The notes under the pieces were generated by a model. The model had not been told where the DNA came from, searched no databases, and worked only from the letters and a program-made list of their open reading frames with translations. A program made the translations under genes and the position numbers. DNA of 64,000 nt from a bacterium (GTDB lineage Bacteria; Patescibacteriota; Dojkabacteria; JAKAPS01; JAJZLI01). Below, one piece after another: positions 1-10,119 of this stretch (positions are counted from its first letter, which is position 1; each line of letters begins with the position of its first letter). The stretch lies in assembly GCA_021810605.1 (NCBI GenBank), contig JAJZIL010000001.1, positions 604 through 64,603 of the forward strand, in the 5' to 3' direction.

Positions 1-154
1 GGACTTGTACCAAAGAGTACGAATCCTCCCAATATATATATAATTTCAATAATTTTCTTAATTTTCATAATAAAAAGCTAGGATACAATAAAAATACCTA
101 TTAGTCAAGTATACTATAAGTTTATTAATGTTTAGTGAAGATATATTTGAGAGA

Positions 155-496
155 TTATATATTTGAGAGATTGAATCTTAATGTAGTACCATTTATGAAG
201 TTTGTTGAAAAACTATTATTTGCAACAAAACTTCCAATAAATACAATTACTATATATGCCATAACTATAACTACTAAACCTAGTACTGCATACATTAATC
301 CCTGTTGTGCTTTCTGTTTTAATTCAGGATTGACACCACTAAATAAATACCTAATACCATTCCAGATTATCACTATAAATAAGACTAAAGTAATAAAATC
401 ATAAAGAAGACCTATTACTATTCCGAAATATCCTACTAATTGATATAAATGTGGAGTAGATGCTTGATTAATAGGAATATTATTATTTGCTGACAT
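155..496 (-). CDS. small membrane protein with VirB2/TrbC-like two-helix pilin module (paralog 1 of 5)
   Basis: 113 aa. Hydrophobic helix, then a short loop (SGVNPELKQKAQQ), then a second hydrophobic helix. The motif [IV]SGI[RK]x(5-8)EKxxKAQxx[LI]xxAIxGLxxI is shared with the four ORFs downstream. Confidence 0.45.
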   Translation of the reverse strand: MSANNNIPINQASTPHLYQLVGYFGIVIGLLYDFITLVLFIVIIWNGIRYLFSGVNPELKQKAQQGLMYAVLGLVVIVMAYIVIVFIGSFVANNSFSTNFINGTTLRFNLSNI

Positions 497-498
497 AA

Positions 499-1011
499 TT
501 ATTTAATACTACAATTAGAGCTTATTGGATTACTTGTAAATAGGGATCCTCCTACACCTAAAACACTTGTAACTATCTCAACTATCAAAAATGATCCAGC
601 TACAATGACAATCCCAAGTATTGCATGAATTATTGCAGTTTGAGCAGATGCGATTTTTTCTTTATCTCCTCCTGCAGTAATAATTTTAATTCCAGATAAG
701 ATTAGCATTACAAAAAAGGCTAATCCAGCTACAGAAAATAAGCCTACTATTATAGTACTTATAGTAGTTGATATTGAAGAACAACTACTAGGGATATTAC
801 TTGATGGTAAAAAATTACAATTACCTCCGCTAGGATTTCCTCCTAAAATAGTACAAGAACTTCCTCCTACAGATGTAGTAGATATAGTTTGTCTTGAAGA
901 TTGTATTCCTGTCTCAACTTTAGAGACTGCCATTGCATAATTAGGAGTTTTTAGGATAAAAACAAAAGTGAATAGGATCGCAAATACAAATAAAAAATTT
1001 TTTATCTTCAT
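499..1011 (-). CDS. secreted/membrane VirB2/TrbC-like pilin-family protein (paralog 2)
   Basis: 170 aa. N-terminal signal-like segment and a Cys/Ser/Thr-rich variable region. C-terminal TM - AGGDKEKIASAQTAI - TM module. Confidence 0.5.
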   Translation of the reverse strand: MKIKNFLFVFAILFTFVFILKTPNYAMAVSKVETGIQSSRQTISTTSVGGSSCTILGGNPSGGNCNFLPSSNIPSSCSSISTTISTIIVGLFSVAGLAFFVMLILSGIKIITAGGDKEKIASAQTAIIHAILGIVIVAGSFLIVEIVTSVLGVGGSLFTSNPISSNCSIK

Positions 1012-1766
1012 AAAGTGTGTATTAAGACTAAACTTATAATATAAGCAAGTATTATTATACTAGCACCGATAATAGCTCCAGTCAATACAGATTTAGCTTT
1101 TTCTACTTTATTACTGTCTCCACTAGAAGTCATAAATAAAAATCCTGCATATGATATTAACCCTAAAACTATAACCCCAATAAGGCCATATAATATTGGT
1201 AAAACTATTCCTAGTAATGTAGAAATTATATTTGAAGTTCCAACTGTCCCTCCTAAAGGATCTGAAATACTCCCAGTAGGAAGAGAAGTTACTCTGTGCT
1301 TACCTGAGCCTGAGGAGGAAGTTGGTAATATAGGATTATAAACCTGATAATAATGGCATCCAATGTGACCTATACAACTAGAAACAAGACCACTTGGTTC
1401 AGTATAAACAATTACAGTTCCTGCAGGTAAATTATAAAAATTAGAATTTAAATTTGGCTGAGTACAATTAATCAAGTTACCTAAAACTCCCTGAGGAGAA
1501 ATAGTTATCCCAATAAAACCTCCTGAATCAGATATAGCTTCTACATAATGAATTTCTCCATTACTTGAAGTACCATGATCTATTCCATATTGTAATTCTC
1601 CACACGAAGTTATTGAAGTTAAATTAGTTGAAGAAGTTGTAATTACACTACTAGCATGAATTAAATTATTCCCTCCTGAAAAAATACTAACTACATAAAA
1701 AAAGATTGATATAATTAGTAAAACTGAGAATAACCTACTTATTAAAAATTTTAATAAACTATTCAT
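1008..1766 (-). CDS. VirB2/TrbC-like pilin-family protein with variable Cys-rich ectodomain (paralog 3)
   Basis: 252 aa. The MNSLLK leader is shared with 2159-3004. C-terminal TM - SSGDSNKVEKAKSVL - TM module. 4-nt overlap with the upstream gene. Confidence 0.5.
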   Translation of the reverse strand: MNSLLKFLISRLFSVLLIISIFFYVVSIFSGGNNLIHASSVITTSSTNLTSITSCGELQYGIDHGTSSNGEIHYVEAISDSGGFIGITISPQGVLGNLINCTQPNLNSNFYNLPAGTVIVYTEPSGLVSSCIGHIGCHYYQVYNPILPTSSSGSGKHRVTSLPTGSISDPLGGTVGTSNIISTLLGIVLPILYGLIGVIVLGLISYAGFLFMTSSGDSNKVEKAKSVLTGAIIGASIIILAYIISLVLIHTL

Positions 1767-1818
1767 AAATATTTATTTTATAAACTAATATATAACATAT
1801 GTTACTTACCTTATTCAT

Positions 1819-2157
1819 TTATAATAATCCATTAAATATAGGTACTGCACTTGATAATACCTTAATTATAATTCCTGCAAAAACTATTAATGTTAGACCT
1901 ATTATTGCATATATAAGAGTACTTTGAGCTTTTGAAACTTTCTCTCTACTCCCATTTGAAGTAATAATTCTTATTCCTGATACTATAATAAGAACAAAGA
2001 ATACTATACCTACTATAAAATAAAATAAATTAAATATTGAACTAAATATATTAGTTAAACTTAAAGCATTACCAAAAGGACTTGTAATAGTAACTGAACA
2101 CTGAGAATTACTACATTGAGCAAAGACAGGGTTTATTATGTTTATATATTTTTCCAT
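1819..2157 (-). CDS. minimal VirB2/TrbC-like pilin-family protein (paralog 4)
   Basis: 112 aa. TM - TSNGSREKVSKAQSTL - TM module, with two N-terminal Cys. Confidence 0.5.
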   Translation of the reverse strand: MEKYINIINPVFAQCSNSQCSVTITSPFGNALSLTNIFSSIFNLFYFIVGIVFFVLIIVSGIRIITSNGSREKVSKAQSTLIYAIIGLTLIVFAGIIIKVLSSAVPIFNGLL

Positions 2158-2158
2158 A

Positions 2159-3004
2159 CTATAAATATTGTAAAAATTGAATATTAAATATTGCTCCTAT
2201 TGATGTAAGTATTATAAATGCAAATATTATAACAAGTAACCCAATTATTGATTTTGTCATAAGACTCTTTCCTCGCCCTAATTTTTCTGGATCTCCTCCA
2301 GATACCATAATTAAGTATCCAGCAAATATTATAACCGCAAATGCAAGCATAAAAGCTAAAGTAAGTACTATTTTATACACAAAATTTATTACCCCATATA
2401 AAGAAGTATCTATACATCCAAAATCAGTATATATATACTGATATGTACTTCCTCCCTTACTTACACAAGATATACATTGTGAATTTCCCCCACATGCAGA
2501 ACTAACTGAATATTTAGATGTTGAATTTGATGTTGAAGTACTAGTAGGTTTATAAAAATAGATAATAAAATTATTAGTTCCTTGAATTAAGGTGGCAAGA
2601 GATTCTACAGATGAAATATTTCCAACATTAATTTGATTAACAGTAGTATTATTTACCTTACAGTAAGAATTTACAACATTAGCAGAACTATTTATTTTTA
2701 GATACACAGTAACAATAAGATTTCCTACTTTACTACTATTAGAAATTTCAGTAACAGGGATAATAAAATTTGATCCTATTCCTGAACTAGAAATTGAGGA
2801 CACATTTAAATTCGAACTATTTGAATTATTAATAAGAGCTGAAGAAACCTGAGCAAAAGATTGACAAGTAACATAATTCTTAGTACTTGCATAAATTTTA
2901 CTAATATTATTATCTATTAATATATTAAACCCAGATAAAAATAATCCTACAGTTAATAAAATTAATAAAAATCTATACCCTATTTTTTTTAATAAACTAT
3001 TCAT
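2159..3004 (-). CDS. VirB2/TrbC-like pilin-family protein with large S/T/N-rich ectodomain (paralog 5)
   Basis: 281 aa. MNSLLK leader plus TM. C-terminal TM - SGGDPEKLGRGKSLM - TM module. Confidence 0.5.
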   Translation of the reverse strand: MNSLLKKIGYRFLLILLTVGLFLSGFNILIDNNISKIYASTKNYVTCQSFAQVSSALINNSNSSNLNVSSISSSGIGSNFIIPVTEISNSSKVGNLIVTVYLKINSSANVVNSYCKVNNTTVNQINVGNISSVESLATLIQGTNNFIIYFYKPTSTSTSNSTSKYSVSSACGGNSQCISCVSKGGSTYQYIYTDFGCIDTSLYGVINFVYKIVLTLAFMLAFAVIIFAGYLIMVSGGDPEKLGRGKSLMTKSIIGLLVIIFAFIILTSIGAIFNIQFLQYL

Positions 3005-3051
3005 AAATAATTGTATAAACGATACATTATACTATAAAATATAACATATGT

Positions 3052-5784
3052 TTATCTTTTATAACATAGACTTCTGTACTCACAATAAGTGCAAGCAAAA
3101 GAAGGTGTAGCTTTTACCTCTAATTCCCTTATCTTTACAATAAGGTCTATGACTTCATTCTTTACCCTATCTATATCAATTTTATCATAATTTATTGTTA
3201 TTTCTTTACCTTCATCTATAAATATAAGTTTTAAATCTTTTATCTCTTTTTTAAATTTCTCTTTTACTAGTATTGAGTAAATTCCAAGTTGCATATTAGA
3301 TGAGCTCGTATCCTGACTAGAAGAGCTTCCAGTTTTATAATCTATAATAGAAACTGTTCCATCTTCTAAAAAATCTAATCTATCTAACCTACCATTAATA
3401 GGATATATTTGATCCATAAATAAATCTATATTCTCTTCATAAGAGTTACTTAACCCTCTAGGTTTAATAAGCTCAATATTATTTTTTATTGATTCCAATC
3501 CTTTTTTCTTATAACTATCAATATGCTCTTTACTTCTAAAAACCGAAAGATTAACTCTTTCCCAACGAGCATTATAAATATTATCTAAAAGATCTATATT
3601 AAGTATATTTCTATCTCTCTGTAAATACTGTTTGAGAGTATCATGTATAAGATTACCATACTCGAATACTAATTTAGGCTGTTTTTTAACTCTTAATATA
3701 TATTCATAATAATACTGCAATGGACATGTTTTAAATAGGTTTAATTGAGAATAAGAATATTTCTGAGGAATAGAATTCTCTGGAATAAAAAAATCTGGAT
3801 CTATATATGTACTCTTTTCACTTTTATTATCTAAATTAATTCTTTCAGTTTTTTTATGAAATCCAGTAAGAAATATACTCTTATCTTTTTTAGTCTTATT
3901 TCCCTCATACATATCTGAATAGCTAAGATATACACTCTTCTTTGCTCTAGTTAATGCCACAAAAAAAAGTCTTTTTTCTTCCTCAATAAATGATTCTTCT
4001 TCTGGAACAGATTCATGTAATAAAGATGAATTTATTCCTATATCTCCACCTCTATTTCTAGTTGGAAACCTATCTTTTACAAGATATGGTATAAATACAT
4101 ATTCAAATTCTAAACCTTTAACTGAATGAATAGTTGATATAGTAACACTATCAAAATTTACATCTTCAGAAATATCATCATCTATAGAAGATATTTTATC
4201 AATATTTTTTATATATTTAGAAAAATACTCTACATTATTCTCTTGCAACTTTTCTATAATAGCAATAAATCTATCTAAATTAGACCTCTTTACTATGGAA
4301 TCATTTTTTTTGTGTAAGAAGTCAAAATAAAAACTAGAATCTAAAAATTCGTTTATCTTATCTAGAATAGCTATATCTTTATCTAAAAGTCTAGATAAGA
4401 TATTATATACGTTTATTATTTTATTAGTTTTAAAAGAATATTCATCAGATTTAGATTCTACAATTTTAGATAATCCTTCAAAATATGATTTTCCCTTAAA
4501 ATTAGTATTTAAAAAATCTATTATACCTGCAAATTCTTCCTTAGAAATGTTGAAACTCTCTATACTAAGAATCCTTAAAAAAGATATATTATCAGAGGAA
4601 TTCTCTGAAAAATATACTACTGAAGATAAATCTTTAAATTCTTGAGACATCTCAAATGTAGAAGATCCTCTAAGATATATTGGGATATTATATTTAATAA
4701 ATAATTCAGCAAAATCATTTATATAAGAATTCGACCTTAGAAGTATTGCTATATCAGAAAATTTTATACCATTGTTATGCATCTTTATAATTTCATCTTT
4801 TATATAATTAACCTCCTGAGTATTTTTATTAAAATTAAGAATTCTAATATCATCTTTATTACTTCCCTTTACTGATTTCAAAGTATTAGAATCTCCTATA
4901 AAAGAATAAGCTTCATCTATAATTTCTTGATATGATCTATAATTATAATCCAAAGTATACTCAATACTATCAGCAAAAAATTTTTTAAATGTATTGAAAT
5001 TTGATAGTGCAGCACCTCTAAATTTATATATAGATTGATTCTTATCTCCTACTACAGTAATATTTGAAGCAAGCTTTAAAATAAGCTGATTTTGTATATA
5101 ATTTGTATCTTGAAATTCATCTACAAGTATATATTTATATCTCTCTTTATATTTTTTTAAAATATTGGGATTTTTTTCAAAAATCTTTAATACAAGATAT
5201 ATCAAATCATTAAATTCTAGCTTTGATTCTTCTATTTTAAGTTGTAAATATTTCTCATATAGATATGATAATTCTTCAAAATATTCATCTTTATTTTTAA
5301 GATTTATAAACTCTTCAGGAGAAATATATTCATCTTCAAGTTTTGAAAAAAATTCTAAGATCTTATCGATCTCTTTATCAGGATTTGAAAGTGGTCTTAA
5401 TATATTAATATCAAAATCAAATATATGATCTGATAGAAAAACGAAACTCTCCATTCTATCCATAACTATAAAATCTTTTTTAAGATCAAAAAACTTATAA
5501 TTTTCTCTAAGTATTTTCTCTGCTAGAGAATGAAAAGTCTCTATATTTACTTCACTAAAAAGACCTAGAGTATCCGAAAGTCTATTTTTTATTTCTTCTG
5601 CAGCTTTCTTTGAAAATGTAACAGCAAGTATACTATTTTCAGTAAAACCCTTAGTGATAAGATATTTTATTTTTTCAATTATAAGAAAAGTTTTCCCAGT
5701 GCCAGGACCAGCATTCACAATAACTGGCGAAGATATGTTACATACAGCTTGTTTTTGAATATCATTTAAATTCATATAATTCAA
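3052..5784 (-). CDS. UvrD/PcrA-type superfamily-1 helicase fused to C-terminal RecB/Cas4-like PD-(D/E)xK nuclease with 4Fe-4S Cys cluster
   Basis: 910 aa. Walker A NAGPGTGKT near the N-terminus. Walker B-like LVDEFQDT. C-terminus has CPLQYYYEY ... DRLD ... IDYKTG ... CTYCEYRSLC, a Cx(n)CxxCx5C cluster typical of AddB/Cas4 nuclease domains. Confidence 0.8.
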   Translation of the reverse strand: MNYMNLNDIQKQAVCNISSPVIVNAGPGTGKTFLIIEKIKYLITKGFTENSILAVTFSKKAAEEIKNRLSDTLGLFSEVNIETFHSLAEKILRENYKFFDLKKDFIVMDRMESFVFLSDHIFDFDINILRPLSNPDKEIDKILEFFSKLEDEYISPEEFINLKNKDEYFEELSYLYEKYLQLKIEESKLEFNDLIYLVLKIFEKNPNILKKYKERYKYILVDEFQDTNYIQNQLILKLASNITVVGDKNQSIYKFRGAALSNFNTFKKFFADSIEYTLDYNYRSYQEIIDEAYSFIGDSNTLKSVKGSNKDDIRILNFNKNTQEVNYIKDEIIKMHNNGIKFSDIAILLRSNSYINDFAELFIKYNIPIYLRGSSTFEMSQEFKDLSSVVYFSENSSDNISFLRILSIESFNISKEEFAGIIDFLNTNFKGKSYFEGLSKIVESKSDEYSFKTNKIINVYNILSRLLDKDIAILDKINEFLDSSFYFDFLHKKNDSIVKRSNLDRFIAIIEKLQENNVEYFSKYIKNIDKISSIDDDISEDVNFDSVTISTIHSVKGLEFEYVFIPYLVKDRFPTRNRGGDIGINSSLLHESVPEEESFIEEEKRLFFVALTRAKKSVYLSYSDMYEGNKTKKDKSIFLTGFHKKTERINLDNKSEKSTYIDPDFFIPENSIPQKYSYSQLNLFKTCPLQYYYEYILRVKKQPKLVFEYGNLIHDTLKQYLQRDRNILNIDLLDNIYNARWERVNLSVFRSKEHIDSYKKKGLESIKNNIELIKPRGLSNSYEENIDLFMDQIYPINGRLDRLDFLEDGTVSIIDYKTGSSSSQDTSSSNMQLGIYSILVKEKFKKEIKDLKLIFIDEGKEITINYDKIDIDRVKNEVIDLIVKIRELEVKATPSFACTYCEYRSLCYKR

Positions 5785-6023
5785 AATTATATTATAAAAT
5801 CAAGATAATTTTCTTTTATTATAATATCTAGATTAATATTAAGATACATAGAAAACATCCTCTTCGATATTGTAGTTAAAATAGTAGATTTTGGATATAT
5901 ATTAGATTTTTTTGAATTTTCTGAACTCATTAAATCTTTTAATAAATAAGATCCTTTAGAATCAATTATATTAAAAGTAATAACTGTCTTGATATGAAGG
6001 ATAAATATATCTATATATTCCAT

Positions 6024-6049
6024 AATACTGCCAGATAACTGACAGTATT
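6024..6049 (-). terminator. stem-loop 38 nt downstream of groEL stop (AATACTGCCAG-ATAA-CTGACAGTATT)
   Basis: 11-bp imperfect inverted repeat with a 4-nt loop, directly after the groESL operon. The U-tract is weak. Confidence 0.3.
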
Positions 6050-6087
6050 ATGTGCAATATATTTACTTATTTCAAGTTGTAGATGTT

Positions 6088-7749
6088 TTACATCATACCA
6101 CCCATTCCTCCCATTCCACCCATATCAGGTGATGCAGGAGATTCTGGTTGAGGAATATCAACTATCACAGCATCTATTGTAAGATACATTGAAGCTACTG
6201 ATGCAGCATTCTCAATTGCAAGTCTAGTTACTTTTACAGGATCAATAATACCAGCTTTAATCATATCCAATTGATCCTCACCTGTAAAAACATTATAACC
6301 TTTTCCATTCCCAACAGATGATCTTACAATAGCTTGTCCAGATACATCTGGAGATCCTGCATTATCAATAATTTGTATTGCAGGATATTCTAATGCTCTT
6401 TTTACTATATCTACTCCAACCATCTCCTCAATAGATAAATCTTTTAATTTTGCCTTACCTTCTGCACTATTTAGATAAATTTTTGCATTAACTAAAGCTA
6501 CTCCACCTCCAGCAACAATACCTTCTTTAACTGCAGCTCTTGTAGCTGATAAAGCATCTTCTATCCTATCTTTCTTCTCTTTTAACTCAACTTCAGTAGC
6601 TGCTCCAACTTTTAATACTGCAACTCCTCCTACAAACTTAGCAACTCTCTCTTGTAATTTTTCTTTATCATAATCTGAAGTTGTATCATCAATCTGTTTT
6701 CTTAAACTTTCAACTCTATTTTCTATATCAGCTTTCTTTCCAGCTCCATCTATTATAGTTGTATCATCTTTAGTTATAACTACCTTTTTACATCTACCTA
6801 AATCTTCAATTTCAGTAGTATCCAATTTTAAACCAATCTCTTCAGAAATTAATTTTCCTCCAGTTAAAATAGCTATATCTTCTAACATAGCTTTCTTTCT
6901 ATCACCAAAACCAGGAGCTTTTACTGCAGCAACATTTATAATACCTCTAAGTTTATTAACTATTAAAGTAGCTAGAGCTTCTCCTTCTAGATCTTCAGTA
7001 ATAATAAGTAAATCCTTTTTACCAGACTGAACTAATTTTTCAATAATAGGTAGTAAATCTTTTATTGCTGAAATTTTAATATCTGTTATAAGTATATATG
7101 GATCTTCTAATACAGATTCTTGTCTTTCAGAATCTGTTACAAAATATGGAGATACATAACCTCTATCGAAATTCATACCTTCAACATGCTCAATTGCATT
7201 CTCTATTGTTCTAGAATCTTCAACAGTTATAACTCCATCCTCTCCAACTTTTTCCATTGTCTCACCAATAAGTTTTCCTATCTCACTATCATTATTAGCA
7301 GAAACAGTAGCAACTTGAACTTTCTCCTCTAGAGAAGATATTTGTTTTGCTTGTTTCTTTAAGTTTTCAACAACAATCTCAACAGCTCTATCTATTCCTC
7401 TTTTAATTGACATCGGATTAGTTCCTGCAGCAACATTTTTAACTCCTTCAGTAATTATAGCTTGAGCTAGAATTGTAGCTGTAGTAGTTCCATCTCCTGC
7501 AAGATCTGCAGTCTTTACAGCAGCCTCTTTTATAAGTGATGCACCAACATTTTCAATTGGATCTTCTAATTCAATTTCTTTAGCTACACTAACTCCATCT
7601 TTAGTAACGTGTGGAGATCCATAACTTTTTCCAATAGCAACTAATCTGCCTTTTGGACCTAATGTTATTTTTACAGAATCAGCAAGTGTATCTATACCAA
7701 CTTTTATTTTTGCTCTTGCTTCTTCGTTTAATACTACTTTTTTTGCCAT
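6088..7749 (-). CDS. groL: chaperonin GroEL (Cpn60)
   Basis: 553 aa. [12 protein letters not shown]..., [15 protein letters not shown]-type segment, and the C-terminal [10 protein letters not shown] tail diagnostic of bacterial GroEL. Confidence 0.97.
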   Translation of the reverse strand: MAKKVVLNEEARAKIKVGIDTLADSVKITLGPKGRLVAIGKSYGSPHVTKDGVSVAKEIELEDPIENVGASLIKEAAVKTADLAGDGTTTATILAQAIITEGVKNVAAGTNPMSIKRGIDRAVEIVVENLKKQAKQISSLEEKVQVATVSANNDSEIGKLIGETMEKVGEDGVITVEDSRTIENAIEHVEGMNFDRGYVSPYFVTDSERQESVLEDPYILITDIKISAIKDLLPIIEKLVQSGKKDLLIITEDLEGEALATLIVNKLRGIINVAAVKAPGFGDRKKAMLEDIAILTGGKLISEEIGLKLDTTEIEDLGRCKKVVITKDDTTIIDGAGKKADIENRVESLRKQIDDTTSDYDKEKLQERVAKFVGGVAVLKVGAATEVELKEKKDRIEDALSATRAAVKEGIVAGGGVALVNAKIYLNSAEGKAKLKDLSIEEMVGVDIVKRALEYPAIQIIDNAGSPDVSGQAIVRSSVGNGKGYNVFTGEDQLDMIKAGIIDPVKVTRLAIENAASVASMYLTIDAVIVDIPQPESPASPDMGGMGGMGGMM

Positions 7750-7774
7750 AATAAAAATTTATCTAAAATAATAA

Positions 7775-8089
7775 TTATTGAATAATACCTAATACATCAT
7801 CTTCTGAAAGTATTAAATACTCTTCTTCATCTAAACTAAATTCAGTAGGAGAATATTTTTTAAATAAAATTTGATCTCCAATCTTGACTGTAAAAGGAAT
7901 TTTTTCTCCTTTTTTATTCTTTCTTCCCTCCCCTAAAGCAATTACTGTTCCTCTTTGAGGAGATTCTTTTGACACAGTATCAGGAATAAAAATTCCTGTC
8001 TTTGTTTTATTTTCTTCAACAATAGGCTTTACAACAATCTTATCTCCTATTGGTTTAATATTTAAACTGTTTGACATATTTTTGTACAA
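7775..8089 (-). CDS. groS: co-chaperonin GroES (Cpn10)
   Basis: 104 aa. KPIGDKIVVKP ... mobile-loop region, immediately upstream of groEL. Confidence 0.95.
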   Translation of the reverse strand: MYKNMSNSLNIKPIGDKIVVKPIVEENKTKTGIFIPDTVSKESPQRGTVIALGEGRKNKKGEKIPFTVKIGDQILFKKYSPTEFSLDEEEYLILSEDDVLGIIQ

Positions 8090-8181
8090 GATAATATAAA
8101 TTTAGCAATATAATAATTTGTTTGCTAGAGTAATATTAGCAGATGTACAAAGCCCTTGTCAATATACATCTATACTAGAAT

Positions 8182-9990
8182 TTAGATCTCAGGAGAATTA
8201 GATATACTATCATCTACACCTGAACCTCCCTTAAATCTCTTTCCATATATAAAATCTCTAAATGTATATACTGTACGAGTTAATAAATCCATATCTGGAT
8301 CGTTTAGTACAAAGGATGAAATTATATATGCAGATAATCCAATATATACTGTTATTAAGAATAGGAATATGATATCTACTGTTTTAGCTGTATTAAATAT
8401 TGTTGAAAGTAATTTATATACTGAATACATTATTATAGACATAAAAAACCCACTAAAAAGTTTTTTTATAGCAGGAGAATAAAAATCTTTAAAAGAAAAT
8501 CCTTTTAATTTCTTTGATAATAGATATACTAATACTAATACATTTAATGTTACTGCTATAGCAGATGCAAACCCTAATCCTCCTATAGCCTTCCAAGTAA
8601 ATTTACTATTAAAATGAATATAGTTATTAATATTAAATAGATTCCCTATTGTAGAAGATACTACTGGGAAATTTCCAAATACTCTAACAAAATATAGAGC
8701 TAGTACAACATTCAAAAGAAATGTAACAATCTCAACTATTACTGGAGTTTTCGTATCTTTTAGAGAATAAAAAGCCCTTATAAGTATAGATAATACAGAT
8801 TGTCCAATTATAGAAAGTGATAAGAATAAGAGTATCCAAGACGTAAGGATTGTATCATTCCAACCAAACTTACTATTCGAACCTGGCCCTAAAATTAACC
8901 TTACTATTGGAAGCCTTAGTACAAGAATCATAACAAATATCGGGATTACAAAAAATAATGTTTGATTTATAGTTTTTGAAACAGTTTTTTTAAAAGTATC
9001 TATCATATTTCCAGATGACTCTTCTGCAAGTGTAGGAAAAGATGCTTGAGCAAAACTCCAACCTACTACTGCCACAGGAAAGAGATATAAACTAGATGCC
9101 CAATTAAATGCAGTTAGAGATCCAGGAACTAATGCAAAAGCAACAAAAGATTCTACAAAATATGCTAATTGAGAAAAAGCTATTCCTATGAATCTTGGAA
9201 AAGATAGTACAAATAACTCTTTAACATATTTATTTTTTAATTTTAGTATCTCAGATTTATAATTAAATCCAAGATATTTTGCCACAGGAAATTGAACTAA
9301 TAAATGAAAAATACTCCCTAAAACTATACCCCAACATAATCCATAAATACCTAAAAATGGGGTAAAAAATAATATTCCTATAATAAAACCCAGATTATAT
9401 AATACTGTAGCAATTTGAGTTACAAGAAATCTTTTATATACCTGAAGAAGAGAACTGAAAATAAAAGATACCCCTAATATTATAGGGGATATAAATAAAA
9501 TCTGCATAAGAGATGCTATCAAAGAGATATCTGAATTTGAAAAACTTGGAATTGCAGAAGATCTATATGTAAATGCAAAATATACGAATAACTCTGCTAT
9601 TTCTTTTGCAAATATTATTCCTAATATACCCACAATAAGTAAAACTAAAGCAAATATATTTAAAAACGAATTAAATACTTTCCACATTGTTTTACTTTTC
9701 TTCTTATATACAAGTTCTCCTATAACTGGAATAAGAGCTGTGTTAAAAGATCCAAGTACTAAAATATTAAAAAATATTTGAGGAATTGAGTCTGCTGCAT
9801 AAAATATATCTAGACTACGTGATAAACCAAATATATTTGCAAGTAATGTAAGTTTGAAAAGACCTAAAATCTTAGATATAGCAGTTACAGCCATTATAAT
9901 AAAAGCTGCTGAAACTATTGTATTCTGTCTTTTAACAAAAAAAGACGTACTATTTTTCTGAATACTGCTAAAAAGATTTCTTATTGTCAT
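8182..9990 (-). CDS. murJ: lipid II flippase MurJ/MviN family
   Basis: 602 aa, polytopic. The N-terminal region ILGLFKLTLLANIFGLSRSLDIFYAADSIPQIFFNILVLGSFNTALIPV matches the MurJ signature. Confidence 0.85.
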   Translation of the reverse strand: MTIRNLFSSIQKNSTSFFVKRQNTIVSAAFIIMAVTAISKILGLFKLTLLANIFGLSRSLDIFYAADSIPQIFFNILVLGSFNTALIPVIGELVYKKKSKTMWKVFNSFLNIFALVLLIVGILGIIFAKEIAELFVYFAFTYRSSAIPSFSNSDISLIASLMQILFISPIILGVSFIFSSLLQVYKRFLVTQIATVLYNLGFIIGILFFTPFLGIYGLCWGIVLGSIFHLLVQFPVAKYLGFNYKSEILKLKNKYVKELFVLSFPRFIGIAFSQLAYFVESFVAFALVPGSLTAFNWASSLYLFPVAVVGWSFAQASFPTLAEESSGNMIDTFKKTVSKTINQTLFFVIPIFVMILVLRLPIVRLILGPGSNSKFGWNDTILTSWILLFLSLSIIGQSVLSILIRAFYSLKDTKTPVIVEIVTFLLNVVLALYFVRVFGNFPVVSSTIGNLFNINNYIHFNSKFTWKAIGGLGFASAIAVTLNVLVLVYLLSKKLKGFSFKDFYSPAIKKLFSGFFMSIIMYSVYKLLSTIFNTAKTVDIIFLFLITVYIGLSAYIISSFVLNDPDMDLLTRTVYTFRDFIYGKRFKGGSGVDDSISNSPEI

Positions 9991-10119
9991 AATTATTAAA
10001 GAATTTTAACAAAGTATAGCATTAAAATTTTTATTCTAAAAGTTATATTTTTATATCAAAAATTTGCAAAAATAAACAATAAAAATGATATAATAATAAA
10101 ATCATGTTTTAACAATTTA

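Noticed and set aside
1-40. Window starts with GGACTTGTACCAAAGAGTACGAATCCTCCC, which superficially resembles a tRNA 3' end (T-loop-like CGAATCC)
   Set aside because: No complementary 5-bp T-stem flanks the loop-like segment. No acceptor stem or CCA context can be formed. It looks like a GTAC palindrome in an intergenic region instead.
135-404. Plus-strand ORFs overlapping confident minus-strand genes. These are 135-404, 5165-5428, 7120-7332, 12283-12576, 26625-26828, 38637-38846, 41093-41281, 43448-43654, 45266-45457, 45751-46142, 46432-46623, 49313-49723, 51707-51964, 54074-54277, 60095-60292, 60842-61135 and 61610-61831, plus the minus-strand 10383-10598
   Set aside because: Each lies antisense to or out of frame within a gene with strong homology or motif support. 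They have low-complexity, stop-poor AT-rich translations and no motifs. These are shadow ORFs typical of AT-rich DNA.
5787-6023. 78-aa ORF immediately downstream of groEL on the minus strand
   Set aside because: It has no motifs, hydrophobic/low-complexity composition, and begins directly at the groEL-distal hairpin. It could be a real small protein, but I cannot support it, so it is left uncalled.
8090-8181. Inverted repeat TTGCTA-N9-TAGCAG upstream of groES, a possible CIRCE/HrcA operator
   Set aside because: The CIRCE half-sites are TTAGCACTC/GAGTGCTAA. The half-sites here (TTGCTA/TAGCA) are in the opposite arrangement and only 5-6 nt long. In a roughly 75% A+T sequence such a short IR is expected by chance.
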